Of a stretch of DNA of 64,000 nt, positions 62,769 to 64,000 are shown piece after piece. Made by a program: the position numbers and the translations under genes. How positions within the stretch are numbered: position 1 is the stretch's first letter; every line of letters begins with the position of its first letter. The notes under the pieces are model-generated. The model made no database searches. It saw only the letters and a list, made by a program, of their open reading frames with translations, and was not told where the DNA came from. Source of the DNA: an uncultured Acidobacteriota bacterium (GTDB lineage Bacteria; Acidobacteriota; Thermoanaerobaculia; Multivoradales; UBA5704); contig CAVWLA010000003.1 in NCBI GenBank assembly GCA_963755825.1, positions 1,748,240 through 1,812,239 of the forward strand, in the 5' to 3' direction.

Positions 62769-63806
62769 TTGAAAAACATTCTGCAGCGAGTCTGGAAGCG
62801 CGGCGGCGGCGAGCCGCCGGCGCCGATCGGCGCGGACGGCCGTCTGGCGAGCGACCTGTGGGTCGACCAGCCCGGCGCCGCCGCCCGCATCGCCGCCTGG
62901 AAGCGCCAGGGCGAGATCGGCGACGCCGCGGCCGCGGCGCTGGGGCATTTCGTCGACAAGGGCTATCTCACCTTCGACGCGGGCATCTCGCCCGCCCTCC
63001 TCGACCAGTTCGCCGGCGACGTCGACCGCGTCTGGCGCGAAAGGCCGCCCGACCTCGCCTGGGCGCGCGAGGGTCTGCTGCGCTCCTTCGCCTATGCCGA
63101 CGCGGCGCGCGACCGCCGCGCCTCCTACCGCATCGCCGACTTCCACTCGCACTCGCAGGCGGCGCTCGCGCTCCTCCTCTCGCGGCCGATCTTCGACTAC
63201 GTCGAGCGCATCCTCGGCGCCGAGGCGGTCGCCACGCAGTCGCTCTACTTCGAGTACGGCAGCCAGCAGCCGCTCCATCGCGACCCCATCTTCGTGCAGA
63301 CCAAGCCGCCCTCGCACCTCGTCGCCGCCTGGATCGCTCTCGAGGACATCCACCCCGACAGCGGTCCGCTCGTCTACGTCCCCGGCTCGCACCGCCTCCC
63401 CTACTACCAGTTCTCGCCCGGCGAGCACCGCTTCGACCACGGCCGCCACGGCGACGCGGAGTCGGCGGCGATGGCGGCCTTCGACCGCCAGCAGGTGGCC
63501 GCGGCGGGCCTCGCCACCGAGGCGCTCACCTGCCGCCGCGGTGCGGTGCTCCTCTGGCACGCCTCGCTCCTCCACGGCGGCTCGGTGGTCGCCGATCCGG
63601 CGCGCACGCGGCGCAGCTTCGTCGTCCACTTCTCGACCCTCGCCGACTACCGGATGCGATCGCAGAACCTGCTGGAACGGGTGCGACGGGAGGATGGCAG
63701 CGAGGCCGAGCGGACGCGGATCTTCGAGACCGAGACGGTGCTCGAGGCCAACGGCTGCCACGGTTTCGACAGCCCCATCCGCGGCTACCAGCCGCCGCCG
63801 CTCTGA
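62769..63806 (+). CDS. phytanoyl-CoA dioxygenase (PhyH) family Fe(II)/2-oxoglutarate oxygenase
   Basis: TTG start 6 nt after GGGAGG. 2-His-1-carboxylate facial triad context (QPLHRDP ... VPGSHR ... LLHGG). Divergent from marR. Confidence 0.8.
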   Translation: MKNILQRVWKRGGGEPPAPIGADGRLASDLWVDQPGAAARIAAWKRQGEIGDAAAAALGHFVDKGYLTFDAGISPALLDQFAGDVDRVWRERPPDLAWAREGLLRSFAYADAARDRRASYRIADFHSHSQAALALLLSRPIFDYVERILGAEAVATQSLYFEYGSQQPLHRDPIFVQTKPPSHLVAAWIALEDIHPDSGPLVYVPGSHRLPYYQFSPGEHRFDHGRHGDAESAAMAAFDRQQVAAAGLATEALTCRRGAVLLWHASLLHGGSVVADPARTRRSFVVHFSTLADYRMRSQNLLERVRREDGSEAERTRIFETETVLEANGCHGFDSPIRGYQPPPL

Positions 63807-63837
63807 CGCGCTGCTGAACGCTCGGCCGGCGCCGCGT

Positions 63838-64000
63838 CAGGGCAGCGGCGAGTCGGCGACGAAGGCGGCGGCGAGGGTGCCGAGGTCGCCCGGCACGGCG
63901 AGCGAGGTCTCCGTCCAGCGGAAGTCCTCGGCGCGCAGAGCGGAGCGGCGCGGGTCGGCGAGATCGAGGCGCGCGCCGGCCGGCGCGGCGAGCCCGAAGA
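63838..64000 (-). CDS. 3' end of an unidentified gene running off the window
   Basis: Open minus-strand frame ending ...VADSPLP-stop (TGA at 63838-63840), with G/C-rich third positions. In this GC-rich DNA that is weak evidence. Confidence 0.3.

Overview
This is a very GC-rich bacterial chromosomal segment, about 70% GC or more by eye (not computed). It comes from a Gram-negative-type organism: it has outer-membrane beta-barrel genes, mreBCD-mrdA-rodA and ECF sigma factors. Acidobacteriota or Myxococcota are possible sources, but I cannot decide between them from this window.

Most of the window is housekeeping:
- htrA plus an M16 peptidase pair
- the mreB-mreC-mreD-mrdA-rodA-rng operon, ending in an LPS-kinase/TIM-barrel fusion
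- an rpsU-mutS2-dnaG-rpoD macromolecular-synthesis operon
- tRNA-Asn, tRNA-Ser and tRNA-Gln, each behind a near-consensus sigma-70 promoter
- gltX, an aldehyde dehydrogenase, gdh and an MscS channel
- a porin plus ABC importer operon
- purEK, sucA, and a divergent MarR/PhyH pair

Three stretches look accessory:
1. 27.0-28.6 kb is a low-GC islet carrying one orphan membrane-anchored gene. It is bracketed by 95-nt direct repeats of the 3' end of a DUF1801 gene.
2. 35.9-40.6 kb is a co-directional cluster: ECF sigma, zf-HC2 anti-sigma, two small ORFs (87 aa, and 43 aa absent from the ORF track), and a predicted exported, membrane-anchored TPR-CHAT caspase-like protease. This is my best candidate for an undescribed system. 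It recalls the Csx29/Csx30/RpoE logic of type III-E CRISPR loci but has no cas genes or array.
3. 43.6-46.2 kb, next to tRNA-Gln, holds a lipoprotein, a cytoplasmic zinc-finger/TPR protein and a small secreted two-Cys protein.

I saw no CRISPR array, rRNA, transposase or integrase. Many long Arg/Pro/Gly-rich ORFs in the track are antisense or off-frame artefacts of the high GC content. The track translates GTG and TTG starts as M.
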